This document shows positions 19,089 through 28,138 of a stretch of 47,421 nt of DNA, in pieces. The stretch lies in the IMG/VR virus record IMGVR_UViG_3300045960_000077, positions 1 to 47,421 of that record. One strand, 5' to 3'. Each line of letters begins with the position of its first letter. The stretch's first letter is position 1. The notes under the pieces are model-generated. The model was not told the DNA's origin, searched no databases, and saw nothing but the letters and a program-made list of their open reading frames with translations. The position numbers were made by a program, and so were the translations under genes. This DNA is from a virus. Taxonomy: Duplodnaviria > Heunggongvirae > Uroviricota > Caudoviricetes.

Positions 19089-20930
19089 TTAGATCGTTGC
19101 TTGGAAAACGGTTGCATGGATGTTGATGAGAATGTAGTTTATTGGAAGCACAGGTGAGCACTCGAATGTAACTCTAACGGTGTCGCCATTAGCAGTGAGA
19201 GTTAGATTTCGATATGCCGGATATGCCAAAGTTCCGACAATGATTTCATTATTCTCAAGCTCTCGAAGAACCTGAACCAATGATCCCTTGATGATTGAAA
19301 GAATCTGTGGAGAATTCTTTCTACCAATGAATTGCTTGAGATTGTCTCTGCAGTTCTTAGCAATGTAGTTCGTTGCTAGTCTAACTGAGATCTCTTTCTT
19401 ATTGTAGTTGTCGTTAGAAACCCAAGTTGTTACACCTTGGACAACCTTGAGAGCAGATCCCTGACGTTCAATCACAAGAACTCCATTGTCAATAAGCTGG
19501 AGAATCTGACGATTCTTGAAATATGTTGAAAGTGCCTGAACACCCGTAATATCCTTGTTGGTAATAGGTTCGCCAACTGGGAAGAGAGCAATCAATCCAG
19601 CAATATACGCTGCTGTATATGAGCCATTGAAGAACTTGAGGTTACCCTTGATGTCGAAGGTTTTAAGTCTTGGAGCACAAAGGACCATATACGGAGAATT
19701 GATGCCAGTTGCTGTATTGATAAGATCGGTAGTAAGATCGTCGGCATCTCCGTCAGAAGTTGAAGTTGTATTTCCAATACCATCAAATTGATGTCCAACA
19801 AGACCGACTCTTTCTTCAGATCCGATTGTACTCATTGATTTACAATGAGTAAGAACAGCGTTGTTGATAGTATCAGCTTGATCGGTAATGACAATTCCTA
19901 GATAATCATCAATAATAGGAACGACGAGATCAAGATCTAGATTTTCATAGATTTCTGCCAAGACACCCGTAAAGGAAGTGCTATCAATATCTCCCGTAAC
20001 TCCGCCAGCTAAGCTGAAAGTATAAGTTACGTCATGATCAGCAGCGTTAGCAAGAAGTGTTCTATCTTTAGCTACAGCTGTCGTAAAAATGTCGTTAGTG
20101 TCTTCAGCATAGACATATGGTTGAGTTGCTGCATTCAACCAATCAAAAGCAGCTTTAACGTCAGCAGTCATTATTCCACTAGATCCGTTGCTAATAACTA
20201 GAACTTGATCATCAATCTGGATTGCGGGAATATCCGACATCACTGTAAATTCAAAATCAGCAGGATTAATAGCAGGAGTCTTATCAGGCATGACTGCCTT
20301 GATTCGTTCAACTAAATCGGTCGTTGTTGCAACGCCTATAAGATCAATCGCTGAACCACCCGAGCCTGTCATTGTCAAAACACCAGTAGTGATTGTAAAT
20401 GTTATCGGGTCAGCTGAATTATTAGCGATCTTGAGAACGTCTGTATAAATTCCAGTTCCTGTAATCGTATTACCCTGAGCAACAACGGAGATATCCAATC
20501 CTCTAGAAGGGAAACCCGTGATACCAGCTTGCTGAGTTATTACTTGAATGCCATTAGCGTGAAGTCCATAGGCTCCCGAAAATAGCTTGAACGGAATGTC
20601 TGTGTCTAGATATGTTGCTTGAGCTGGGACACTAGCAAATGAATGATCACTGCCTGTATATGTTCCACCAACCCTAGTTGCCCAAATGTACTGAGCACCG
20701 CCATTGAAAGCCATAGCGACGCCATCAACAAGCGGTCCCTCTCCGAAGATATCTGTTGCATCATTTAGTGAAGTCAAGAGATAGGCTTGATTTGGGATAC
20801 CGTCTTTAGCGGGGCCCATCATTCCTATAACGTTTGAACCAACAAGCCCAACTGGTGTTAATGCTGTATCATCAACAAAAGTTGCTACCTGTGGCTTGAT
20901 GTAGTAGCGTCCGTTAAAATATACACCCAT
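19089..20930 (-). CDS. Tail sheath protein
   Basis: Y.KPQV.TFVDD..L, GPAKDG.PN, PITNKDI, KVVQGVTT, EISVR...Y, PVLPINYI motifs. Confidence 0.95.
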   Translation of the reverse strand: MGVYFNGRYYIKPQVATFVDDTALTPVGLVGSNVIGMMGPAKDGIPNQAYLLTSLNDATDIFGEGPLVDGVAMAFNGGAQYIWATRVGGTYTGSDHSFASVPAQATYLDTDIPFKLFSGAYGLHANGIQVITQQAGITGFPSRGLDISVVAQGNTITGTGIYTDVLKIANNSADPITFTITTGVLTMTGSGGSAIDLIGVATTTDLVERIKAVMPDKTPAINPADFEFTVMSDIPAIQIDDQVLVISNGSSGIMTADVKAAFDWLNAATQPYVYAEDTNDIFTTAVAKDRTLLANAADHDVTYTFSLAGGVTGDIDSTSFTGVLAEIYENLDLDLVVPIIDDYLGIVITDQADTINNAVLTHCKSMSTIGSEERVGLVGHQFDGIGNTTSTSDGDADDLTTDLINTATGINSPYMVLCAPRLKTFDIKGNLKFFNGSYTAAYIAGLIALFPVGEPITNKDITGVQALSTYFKNRQILQLIDNGVLVIERQGSALKVVQGVTTWVSNDNYNKKEISVRLATNYIAKNCRDNLKQFIGRKNSPQILSIIKGSLVQVLRELENNEIIVGTLAYPAYRNLTLTANGDTVRVTFECSPVLPINYILINIHATVFQATI

Positions 20931-20972
20931 TAAATTTCTCCTATCGCATAGAGTGAAGATAAACCTATGTCA

Positions 20973-20985
20973 TGTTTATAAATTA
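20973..20985 (-). promoter_or_regulatory. Candidate late promoter element TAATTTATAAACA upstream of the sheath gene
   Basis: Exact match to 1678-1690; intergenic. Confidence 0.4.
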
Positions 20986-21008
20986 GCAATTCTATGACGT
21001 TTCTTGAA

Positions 21009-21641
21009 TTATACATCGATATTTTGCCAAAAATCATTGCCGCACGATTTTAAGAAAATATTATTTATTGGGCCGTATATTTCATTCCACGTCTCTGGAT
21101 ATCTGAATCTCACGATCAAATGAACGTGAAATACATCATTCGGGAAAAACTCGGCATCTGGCGAAAATCTATCCGTATTAATATCCAAATCGGGCATGTC
21201 ATCATGATTCACTGAATATTGTTCGAGAATAAATCTCACAAATGTACCGAGAATACGTATTAAAAGTATCTGCTTACCAAGAATGTTTATTGAATAAACA
21301 CCTTGCATAATGTTTCCAAACTCGTCAGTTTCGACGCCGTCATCCATCGTTTCACTTCCCATCACATCGCCGATGGGTTTATTTGATTCAATCTGCGTTT
21401 CTTGATCCATGACGCAGACAATTACGGGAAGCATCGTTGAAATTGTGGAATATGTCGTGTGATATTGTATCTTTTCGTTTAATATGACATCTTTGAAAGC
21501 ATTTCGTTCCTCATCGCTTAAGTCCATCTTGTCAAAGAGGTATTTAAAAGTCTGATCGAACGAACTACCCAACGAGCTCAACGCAGTGAACGCCGACTGT
21601 ATGATGCGTAGTATTTTATATTCATTAAAAGGCAGAGACAT
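21009..21641 (-). CDS. Tail completion / sheath terminator protein
   Basis: 210 aa immediately upstream of the sheath; TAATG-coupled to the 1011 aa gene. Confidence 0.6.
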   Translation of the reverse strand: MSLPFNEYKILRIIQSAFTALSSLGSSFDQTFKYLFDKMDLSDEERNAFKDVILNEKIQYHTTYSTISTMLPVIVCVMDQETQIESNKPIGDVMGSETMDDGVETDEFGNIMQGVYSINILGKQILLIRILGTFVRFILEQYSVNHDDMPDLDINTDRFSPDAEFFPNDVFHVHLIVRFRYPETWNEIYGPINNIFLKSCGNDFWQNIDV

Positions 21642-24600
21642 TATTCAGCTCCGTTATCGTCGTCCTCATCCTTTGATAAATCCTGAACTTCACCACCCGG
21701 ACCTACAGGCATCACTTTTGCGCCCTTAGTGATATAGGGAGAATCAGTTTGCCAAGTATTTACGACATCCTGCATAGATTTCTTGGCTAATTTGAGATTA
21801 TGCTGCCACACTTCTTCGGTTAGCCCTTCATTAAAGTCGTCTCTTTGTTTCTCATCTTTATTCTTAAAGTGAAATTTCTCGGCAACACGTTTTGATTGTT
21901 CGTGTTTCTTGGGATTATTACTTACATATCCTCTGCCCACTGCGTGGCCCGTAGTCTTGCCCGAGAAACCCTTATGAAGATCAGCAGTACGTTCGTCAAG
22001 AGATTTTGGAGCAAGTTTTTCTCTTAAAGAAGCCTCTTTTTTATAAGCCTCTTCTCTACCAGGTTCGGCTGCTGTTATACCAGGATTCTTGTCTCTAATT
22101 GCTTTGCTTTGCTTATAATCTGCCTCAGCTTTATGATCATAATCTTCGCCAGTTTGTTTTATCGACTCTTTCTTATATCCTTCACGAAGATCTTTATTTA
22201 AATCTGAATCAAGAGATTTCTGAGTTTTGTCTTCGGCGGTCCAACGACGGCCGCCATCTTTGATTGCCGAGTTTTTAGTCCCAACTTGAGATTTCTTTTC
22301 ATCGGCATCCATCTTTCGTTCTTTTTCTCTCTCGATCCCAGCATCAGGATCTTGACTTGATCCACCTCTACGATAACCTGATTTACGAGGACCATAATCG
22401 ACATTCAATGCCTTCACTAAATCAACTGTTCTCTCATCAATAGACTTTTTAGCATCTGCTGCATCGGCCTCTTCATACATCTTTTTAATCCGTATATTTG
22501 ATAGATGTTTATTGTGCGATATTCTATCGCCCTTTAGCTTTCCACCTTCGTCAATACCAAAATGAGATTCTAGTTCTTTCAAATCATCCATGTCTTCATT
22601 AGATGGTTGAAAATTATGAGAGTCTTCAGATTTTTCAGCTCTAATCTTAGCAGCCTGGCCATGTAATCCACCCATTTCAGCCTGTGTCAAGGCTTTCTTT
22701 CGAGATCCTTCAATGATTTCTTTCTTTCTGGCTTCTGAAAGTTGAGGAGTAGAGACCTTACCGTGATGCTTAGGATTTTTATGAGTTCCTTGAACATGGA
22801 TCTTACCCTTTCTAGTTCCAGGACCAAACATAGCCTTTTCCATAAGAGCATCGATAGATTTTATCAAATTATTGCTCTCTTCATCGACAGATAAACCAAA
22901 CCATGTATTTTTTGAATTCACTGGAGGGTTAGCCTCTCTTTCGGCTCTCTTCTTCAATCCTTCATTCATTTTCTTCTTCTTACTTTCTTTATACTCCGAA
23001 ATAATCCTTTTTCCCTCATCAGTATGAGGATTTTTAGGAGCAGTAGTACTACTATAATATTTTGCTTTTTCTTTCTCTCTTTTAGATTCTCTAGCTTTAA
23101 TTCCGCCAGTTCGGCTGTATGATTGATGTTTTTGCTTTGGTGTAAGATGTTCTTGAGCATCTTTTTCATAATCAGAGTGATTTTTAGGAGCAGTAGTCTC
23201 ACTATAATATTTTGTTTTTTCTTTTTTAGATTCTCTAGCTTTAATTCCACCAGCTCGGCCAGACGATTGATGTTTTTGCTCTGGCGTAAGATGTTGTTGA
23301 GAATCTTTTTCATAATCTGTAGATTCATCAGCATGATGTCGTTTATCGATAAATGTATATCCCATTCGTTTTGCTGAAACTTCTTTAAGTAAAAGATCGA
23401 TAGACTTCACAAGACTTGACTTCCAAGCACCCTCAACAGGAACCTTCACCATCTCTTTATTTTCTGTCTGAAGAGGAGTATTGCCAAATACATGGCCATT
23501 CTTTTTCTCTGGCTGTTTCTTTTCGGCTTTTCCTTCAGTCAAAACATGAGAATTGCACTTTTCAAGAAGAGCATCAATGGACGTGATTAAAGATTTCTTG
23601 GTAGCAGGCTTAGGTTTACTATAATCAGCCTCGTCATCTTCACTCCAAGTAGACTTTGGTTCCGTCTTTCTACGATGCTCTTCTACGTCTGCATAATGAG
23701 AAGCAGCGTCAGAATCATCTTTAGACTTACCCATTTCAGCTCGTTTCTTAGACTCTGCAGCTATTTCTGCTTGACGAATTGCTCTAGCTGCTTGATCCCT
23801 AAGACTTTCAGCTTCTTTGTGAGTTTCTCTTTTCACCATTGCTTCTCGGACTTTTGGATGAGTAGACCCTGATTTCTCTAGATCTGATTCTTCAGACTTT
23901 TCAGTCTTATGTTTAGATCGATAAGGCCAACTAGGCATAGGACCAGGATCAGCGGCACCTCCTGCGCCAGGACGAGATGCAGGAATTTTCGGATGTTTTT
24001 CATTCCATTCATCTTCTTCAATCTTATGATCACGAGAACTGTCTTCTTTCCAAGACTTATCCATTGACTTCCCCTGGGATTCTAATTTCTTTGCAGCATT
24101 TTCATCTGCTGTTCTAACAGCTGTTTCGCGCTTAGTGACAGGGACGTCTTCATCGTTATCGATTCGACGTTTATCTAAATTCCTAAGATAACTTTCTACC
24201 TTGGGATATGATTTAGCTTTATTGAGAAGCTCGTCTATAGCGACTCGTAGAGAAGCATTTTTGAGATCATTTTCACTCGTTATAGAAATTTCTTTACTTC
24301 CTTTTGTACCGTAACCAACATGCATTTTTTCTTCATAGGGATCATATAAAGATGTTGAATGAATTTTCTTCTTTTTTCCTTTTCCCTCGGTAACAACAGT
24401 GTGACCGCCACCAGAATGAGAATGTTGTTCTATTGCCCTTGCGTTTATTTTATAGTCTTTGCCCGCTTTTTCAATATCGAAGTCGACTTGAGATTTCTTA
24501 TTTCGACGATTATAATCAGCAATTCTAGATCGATTAACTTCATTATTATTTTCCCACTCGCTAGAATTATCAGCATGATTTGTTCTAAGTGGCGGAGCAC

Positions 24601-24676
24601 GATGAATAGCCTCGTGCACAGCTCGCTTATTAGAATCGTTGTAAACCTCGTCTGACTTGTCTTTTTTAGTTATCAT
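21641..24676 (-). CDS. Giant charged modular protein; putative internal head polyprotein
   Basis: 1011 aa, K/E/D/H/S-rich, almost no hydrophobic core; recurrent KS...D-L-x-K linkers. Confidence 0.6.
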   Translation of the reverse strand: MITKKDKSDEVYNDSNKRAVHEAIHRAPPLRTNHADNSSEWENNNEVNRSRIADYNRRNKKSQVDFDIEKAGKDYKINARAIEQHSHSGGGHTVVTEGKGKKKKIHSTSLYDPYEEKMHVGYGTKGSKEISITSENDLKNASLRVAIDELLNKAKSYPKVESYLRNLDKRRIDNDEDVPVTKRETAVRTADENAAKKLESQGKSMDKSWKEDSSRDHKIEEDEWNEKHPKIPASRPGAGGAADPGPMPSWPYRSKHKTEKSEESDLEKSGSTHPKVREAMVKRETHKEAESLRDQAARAIRQAEIAAESKKRAEMGKSKDDSDAASHYADVEEHRRKTEPKSTWSEDDEADYSKPKPATKKSLITSIDALLEKCNSHVLTEGKAEKKQPEKKNGHVFGNTPLQTENKEMVKVPVEGAWKSSLVKSIDLLLKEVSAKRMGYTFIDKRHHADESTDYEKDSQQHLTPEQKHQSSGRAGGIKARESKKEKTKYYSETTAPKNHSDYEKDAQEHLTPKQKHQSYSRTGGIKARESKREKEKAKYYSSTTAPKNPHTDEGKRIISEYKESKKKKMNEGLKKRAEREANPPVNSKNTWFGLSVDEESNNLIKSIDALMEKAMFGPGTRKGKIHVQGTHKNPKHHGKVSTPQLSEARKKEIIEGSRKKALTQAEMGGLHGQAAKIRAEKSEDSHNFQPSNEDMDDLKELESHFGIDEGGKLKGDRISHNKHLSNIRIKKMYEEADAADAKKSIDERTVDLVKALNVDYGPRKSGYRRGGSSQDPDAGIEREKERKMDADEKKSQVGTKNSAIKDGGRRWTAEDKTQKSLDSDLNKDLREGYKKESIKQTGEDYDHKAEADYKQSKAIRDKNPGITAAEPGREEAYKKEASLREKLAPKSLDERTADLHKGFSGKTTGHAVGRGYVSNNPKKHEQSKRVAEKFHFKNKDEKQRDDFNEGLTEEVWQHNLKLAKKSMQDVVNTWQTDSPYITKGAKVMPVGPGGEVQDLSKDEDDDNGAE
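23031..23317 (-). repeat. Intragenic tandem duplication of about 48 codons
   Basis: DYEKDSQQHLTPEQKHQSSGRAGGIKARESKKEKTKYYSETTAPKN / DYEKDAQEHLTPKQKHQSYSRTGGIKARESKREKEKAKYYSSTTAPKN. Confidence 0.9.
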
Positions 24677-24950
24677 GTCTCTTCATCCCTGCCTCTGCAG
24701 CCTTCCTATCATGAGGATCTTTGCTTTCGGCTAGTTTCTTAAGATTTCTCTTTGAGCCTTCACTTGTACGTTCATAGTGCTCAGCTTCAGTCGGACCAGG
24801 ATTGCTCATAGTCTGAACGTGCTTTGAATCTGGAACTACAAGTTCACCTTCTGGAAGCTCAGCTTTCTTCTTGCCACCTTGTGCCTTGTTCTTACCGGGT
24901 CGACCTTTTTCTAGCTCAGTGTTTTTTTTTCGAGGATGGCGTCGAGTGCC
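24666..24950 (-). CDS. Hidden -1 frame extension (85 aa) of the 561 aa protein
   Basis: Open frame NTELEKGRPGKNKAQGGKKK...AGMKRHDN*, entered at the A9 run 24922-24930; its stop overlaps the ATG of the next gene. Confidence 0.7.
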   Translation of the reverse strand, partial: GTRRHPRKKNTELEKGRPGKNKAQGGKKKAELPEGELVVPDSKHVQTMSNPGPTEAEHYERTSEGSKRNLKKLAESKDPHDRKAAEAGMKRHDN

Positions 24951-26596
24951 TTATGAAGGTCGAAATCACCTTCAGAGGCATTCTTCAGCTTCTTCTGATT
25001 TTCCTCTGAGTTTCCTGTATCAAGCTTTCGTTCTTTCCATTCGGCAGTCTTGTCACCCTTTGGACGTGAACGAACTGTCACTTCTCCCTTTTCAGGTTCG
25101 TGACGATATCGTTTATCTTCCTTTGACTTTGGATGTTCAAATCGGCTTTCTGGCTTATCACTATAACTGATCTGCGTAGCCTTACCACCCGAGACCTTCT
25201 TGGAAACCGATGGTGAGCCCTTCTCGAGAAGGCCCATGTTTTCTAGAACTGATTTTGAGAAGTCCAACGAATAAGATTTATCTTTCATGTGCTCTTCCTT
25301 TTCCTTTTCGGGTGATTTTGCCCATTCGGCTCTTTCTTCTTTTTGACCGCCTTCGCCCTTTTCTAGGTCGAAGTCATCTTCTGATTTTTCAGCAGCCCCT
25401 GTTCCTAATCTATTCTTCAAAGCTTTGAGAGCTTCGGGATTCACTTTGCGATTAGTGAGAGGATTTTCTTTCTTTGGATTATTCTTTGAAGCAAGTGCTC
25501 CAGGTTCAGTATACTTTGAGTTAATGACTGCCTTGATAACAGTCTCAAGTCTTTCAGGACCCATAGTCTTGAGCAAATGACCAAGAGTTAGCTCATCTTC
25601 TGTCCATGACTTCTTGCTGACAAGAACATCACCATCATCATCTTCACCATCGGCACCGACTAATCCATCTTCAAACTCTTCTGGTTCATTATCAGTGAAG
25701 TTGTCAGACTTTTCAACATCATCTTCGCTGTCATCTTCTGATTTCTCAAGATCTGCATCACCTTCTGACTTCTGTTGTGATTCCTTCTTTGTGGCAGTTC
25801 CAGGATGATCTCCACCCTTATCGCCGTCGTGAACTGTGGCTGGTCGAGCTACAGCAGCATGTCCTTCGCCACCAATAGTATCCTCGGAGCCATCTTGAAA
25901 TTCTTCACCAGACTCATTCTTCTTAGACTTGTTGAGCTCATCTAAAATCTCTTGAGCTTGTGGATGGCCCTTGAGAAGTTGAGCCGTTGTAATTTCATCA
26001 ATCGTATAAGATCGTTTCATTTCTCTACCTCGAGGATTTGGATATTTCTTCTTCATTTCTTGCTGATGTTCATATTTTTCAACTTTATCGGGATCTTTAG
26101 TGTTTTCTAGAGTTTTAGGGTAAGGATGAGGATCAACCTGCTCATCTTTCTCTCGGCTCTTGAATAATTCAGGCATAGCCTTTCTATTTTCAAAAGATTT
26201 ATTTAAAAAAGAATCCATAGAAGCATTCTTTAATTCAGTTTCATGTTCGGCATTAGCAGGAATACGTTTATGTTGATATTCACCTGCACGTCTTACTCGA
26301 ATATCACCCTTTTCTTTGTCGAGCTCATAAGAATCAGCATGAACATTTGTTACTTTATCTTGATGTTTACCGCCGACATCATAATCATGTTCTTTCGTAT
26401 GCCAACGAACACTTGTAGGCTTTTTACTTCTATGTCCGTATTGCATAACTTCTTCTTTAGGAGCATCTAAATCATGATGCGTATCTTTAGCCCTTCCAAG
26501 CTTTACACGCTCAGGATTAGTAACTTTAAACTGAGTCTCTGATTTTCTTCCCTTTTCAAGCCCCATATTAGCTAATACTGATTTACTATATTCCAT
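24911..26596 (-). CDS. Charged modular protein; putative internal head polyprotein (about 643 aa if frameshifted)
   Basis: 561 aa; repeated SKSVL.NMGL(L)EKG...LKNAS modules; contains a segment shared with the scaffold. Confidence 0.6.
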   Translation of the reverse strand: MEYSKSVLANMGLEKGRKSETQFKVTNPERVKLGRAKDTHHDLDAPKEEVMQYGHRSKKPTSVRWHTKEHDYDVGGKHQDKVTNVHADSYELDKEKGDIRVRRAGEYQHKRIPANAEHETELKNASMDSFLNKSFENRKAMPELFKSREKDEQVDPHPYPKTLENTKDPDKVEKYEHQQEMKKKYPNPRGREMKRSYTIDEITTAQLLKGHPQAQEILDELNKSKKNESGEEFQDGSEDTIGGEGHAAVARPATVHDGDKGGDHPGTATKKESQQKSEGDADLEKSEDDSEDDVEKSDNFTDNEPEEFEDGLVGADGEDDDGDVLVSKKSWTEDELTLGHLLKTMGPERLETVIKAVINSKYTEPGALASKNNPKKENPLTNRKVNPEALKALKNRLGTGAAEKSEDDFDLEKGEGGQKEERAEWAKSPEKEKEEHMKDKSYSLDFSKSVLENMGLLEKGSPSVSKKVSGGKATQISYSDKPESRFEHPKSKEDKRYRHEPEKGEVTVRSRPKGDKTAEWKERKLDTGNSEENQKKLKNASEGDFDLHKALDAILEKKTLS

Positions 26597-26609
26597 CTTT
26601 TATCTCCAA

Positions 26610-27389
26610 TTAGCCGAATAAATAACTATCCGGGATTTCAAGTTTTGCCGTAAAGAGCCTTGGTAGATCTTCAAAAGCCTGTTCTCCACCCTGAGAAGGA
26701 GGTTTTCCTGCTACTGTACCTCTAATTTCATGAGCAGCAGTGATTACAATATAGCTAGGGAAGAAGGTATAAAGGGCACTAAATCCCACTCCCGAAGGAG
26801 GCCTACATTTCCCTTCATTCCACACTAATAATCCGCTGTCATTCGAATCTACATCTCTGTCTTCAACATTAAGATTTCGACAATCGTACGATGTACCATT
26901 TTGATCTAAAACCTGCATTAGTTCGACAATGGGAAACGTAAATTTATACGTCTCTTTCGTAGGATCATATATCTTAGCTTCACTTCTAAATGTGACAGAC
27001 TCCTTAAAAATCATACGATCACGAATATTTACTTTGTATTCTGGTTCACATGTTAAATTAACAAAGATGTTGCTCATAATACCTGGTTGAGCCACTCTAT
27101 ACGTTAATGTCTGCTCTTCTCTTCTATTCGAAGAAGGGACGGCTCTTATTTCTTTTGTAAATACATAAGTCCATCCAGTACCGTTGCAAAGACCGCATGC
27201 TAATTGCCTGAACTTTAGATCGTTCTGTTGCGGTGCTAAAGTACAAGGGCAAACTAATGCTTGCCACCAGTCATACCTTGAGCCATATTGCTGTATTAAT
27301 CCAATTGCCGCCTGAGTATTATAATCGATTTTAATCGGATTGAAATGGACTCTAGCAGCTCCCTTTGGAGTTCCTCTATTAAGAGCCAT
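26610..27389 (-). CDS. Neck / head-closure protein (SPO1/Twort-like, Cys cluster)
   Basis: WWQALVCPC...CGLCNGTGW motif typical of Herelleviridae-type neck proteins. Confidence 0.7.
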   Translation of the reverse strand: MALNRGTPKGAARVHFNPIKIDYNTQAAIGLIQQYGSRYDWWQALVCPCTLAPQQNDLKFRQLACGLCNGTGWTYVFTKEIRAVPSSNRREEQTLTYRVAQPGIMSNIFVNLTCEPEYKVNIRDRMIFKESVTFRSEAKIYDPTKETYKFTFPIVELMQVLDQNGTSYDCRNLNVEDRDVDSNDSGLLVWNEGKCRPPSGVGFSALYTFFPSYIVITAAHEIRGTVAGKPPSQGGEQAFEDLPRLFTAKLEIPDSYLFG

Positions 27390-28138
27390 TACGCACCTAC
27401 GAGTTGCAGACCGTAATAATATTGACGGAGAGTTTTGACAATTTCTGTCATTTCTCTTTCCATTTGTCTAATACGACCTCCATATGCAGCGTTTTCAGCC
27501 GATGCCGTCGTGCTGACCGACTGTGAGAGTCCATCAATTCCAATAGAATAGCCTGCCAAAGCAGCCTGACCGCCCAAAGCAATTTCACCAAGAACATTTA
27601 ATACTCCAGTTGTAGCATTCATGGCGATAAGCTGTGCAAGCAAATCAGGAACATCCTCATTCTCGCCGTACCCTGCTTCATATGAAACTCGTAAAATCTG
27701 CGGAACATACGTTGTTGCAGAAAGTAATGGCATGAACATTAAAATTTGATTACCGATATTCGAACTTGCTAAAATTCCATAATATGGAATCAAATTTACC
27801 TGTGCTGATTTCTTTTTAAGTTGAATCCATTCACTGGGAATCCTAATGACTGATGTAATAACGTTCAATGACATTTCAGTAACTTGGATTGCTGGTCTAG
27901 TATTGAGCTGAATATATCCGAATCCCGACATCCATTCTTCAAGCCTATAATCATAAGACTCATTCTCAATAGTCTTTGGGCGTATTGAGATATTTAAGAG
28001 CATTTCTGCTCTACTTATTGCAGAATCAATATAGAACTGAATAGCTTCATCTGTTAGTTTGTCATCGTCGAATTCAATGGGAATTCTCCAAAGCCAAACT
28101 TCTTTAAGCCAATCAGGAGTAAGATCTTTTATCTTCAT
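27389..28138 (-). CDS. Head-tail adaptor / neck protein
   Basis: IDSAISRAE..LNI.I, YEAGY...VP, SIGIDGLSQSVSTTASAENAAYGGRI motifs. Confidence 0.75.
   Translation of the reverse strand: MKIKDLTPDWLKEVWLWRIPIEFDDDKLTDEAIQFYIDSAISRAEMLLNISIRPKTIENESYDYRLEEWMSGFGYIQLNTRPAIQVTEMSLNVITSVIRIPSEWIQLKKKSAQVNLIPYYGILASSNIGNQILMFMPLLSATTYVPQILRVSYEAGYGENEDVPDLLAQLIAMNATTGVLNVLGEIALGGQAALAGYSIGIDGLSQSVSTTASAENAAYGGRIRQMEREMTEIVKTLRQYYYGLQLVGA

Noticed and set aside
22198-23334. Alternative-frame ORFs (68 and 122 aa) inside the 1011 aa gene
   Set aside because: By-products of A-rich Lys/Glu codons and the tandem repeat; no RBS support or recognisable product
24911-24913. TAG readthrough or alternative genetic code joining the in-frame 561 and 1011 aa ORFs
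   Set aside because: Frame 0 hits another TAG within 25 codons and reads as non-protein-like; TAG and TGA end other genes normally
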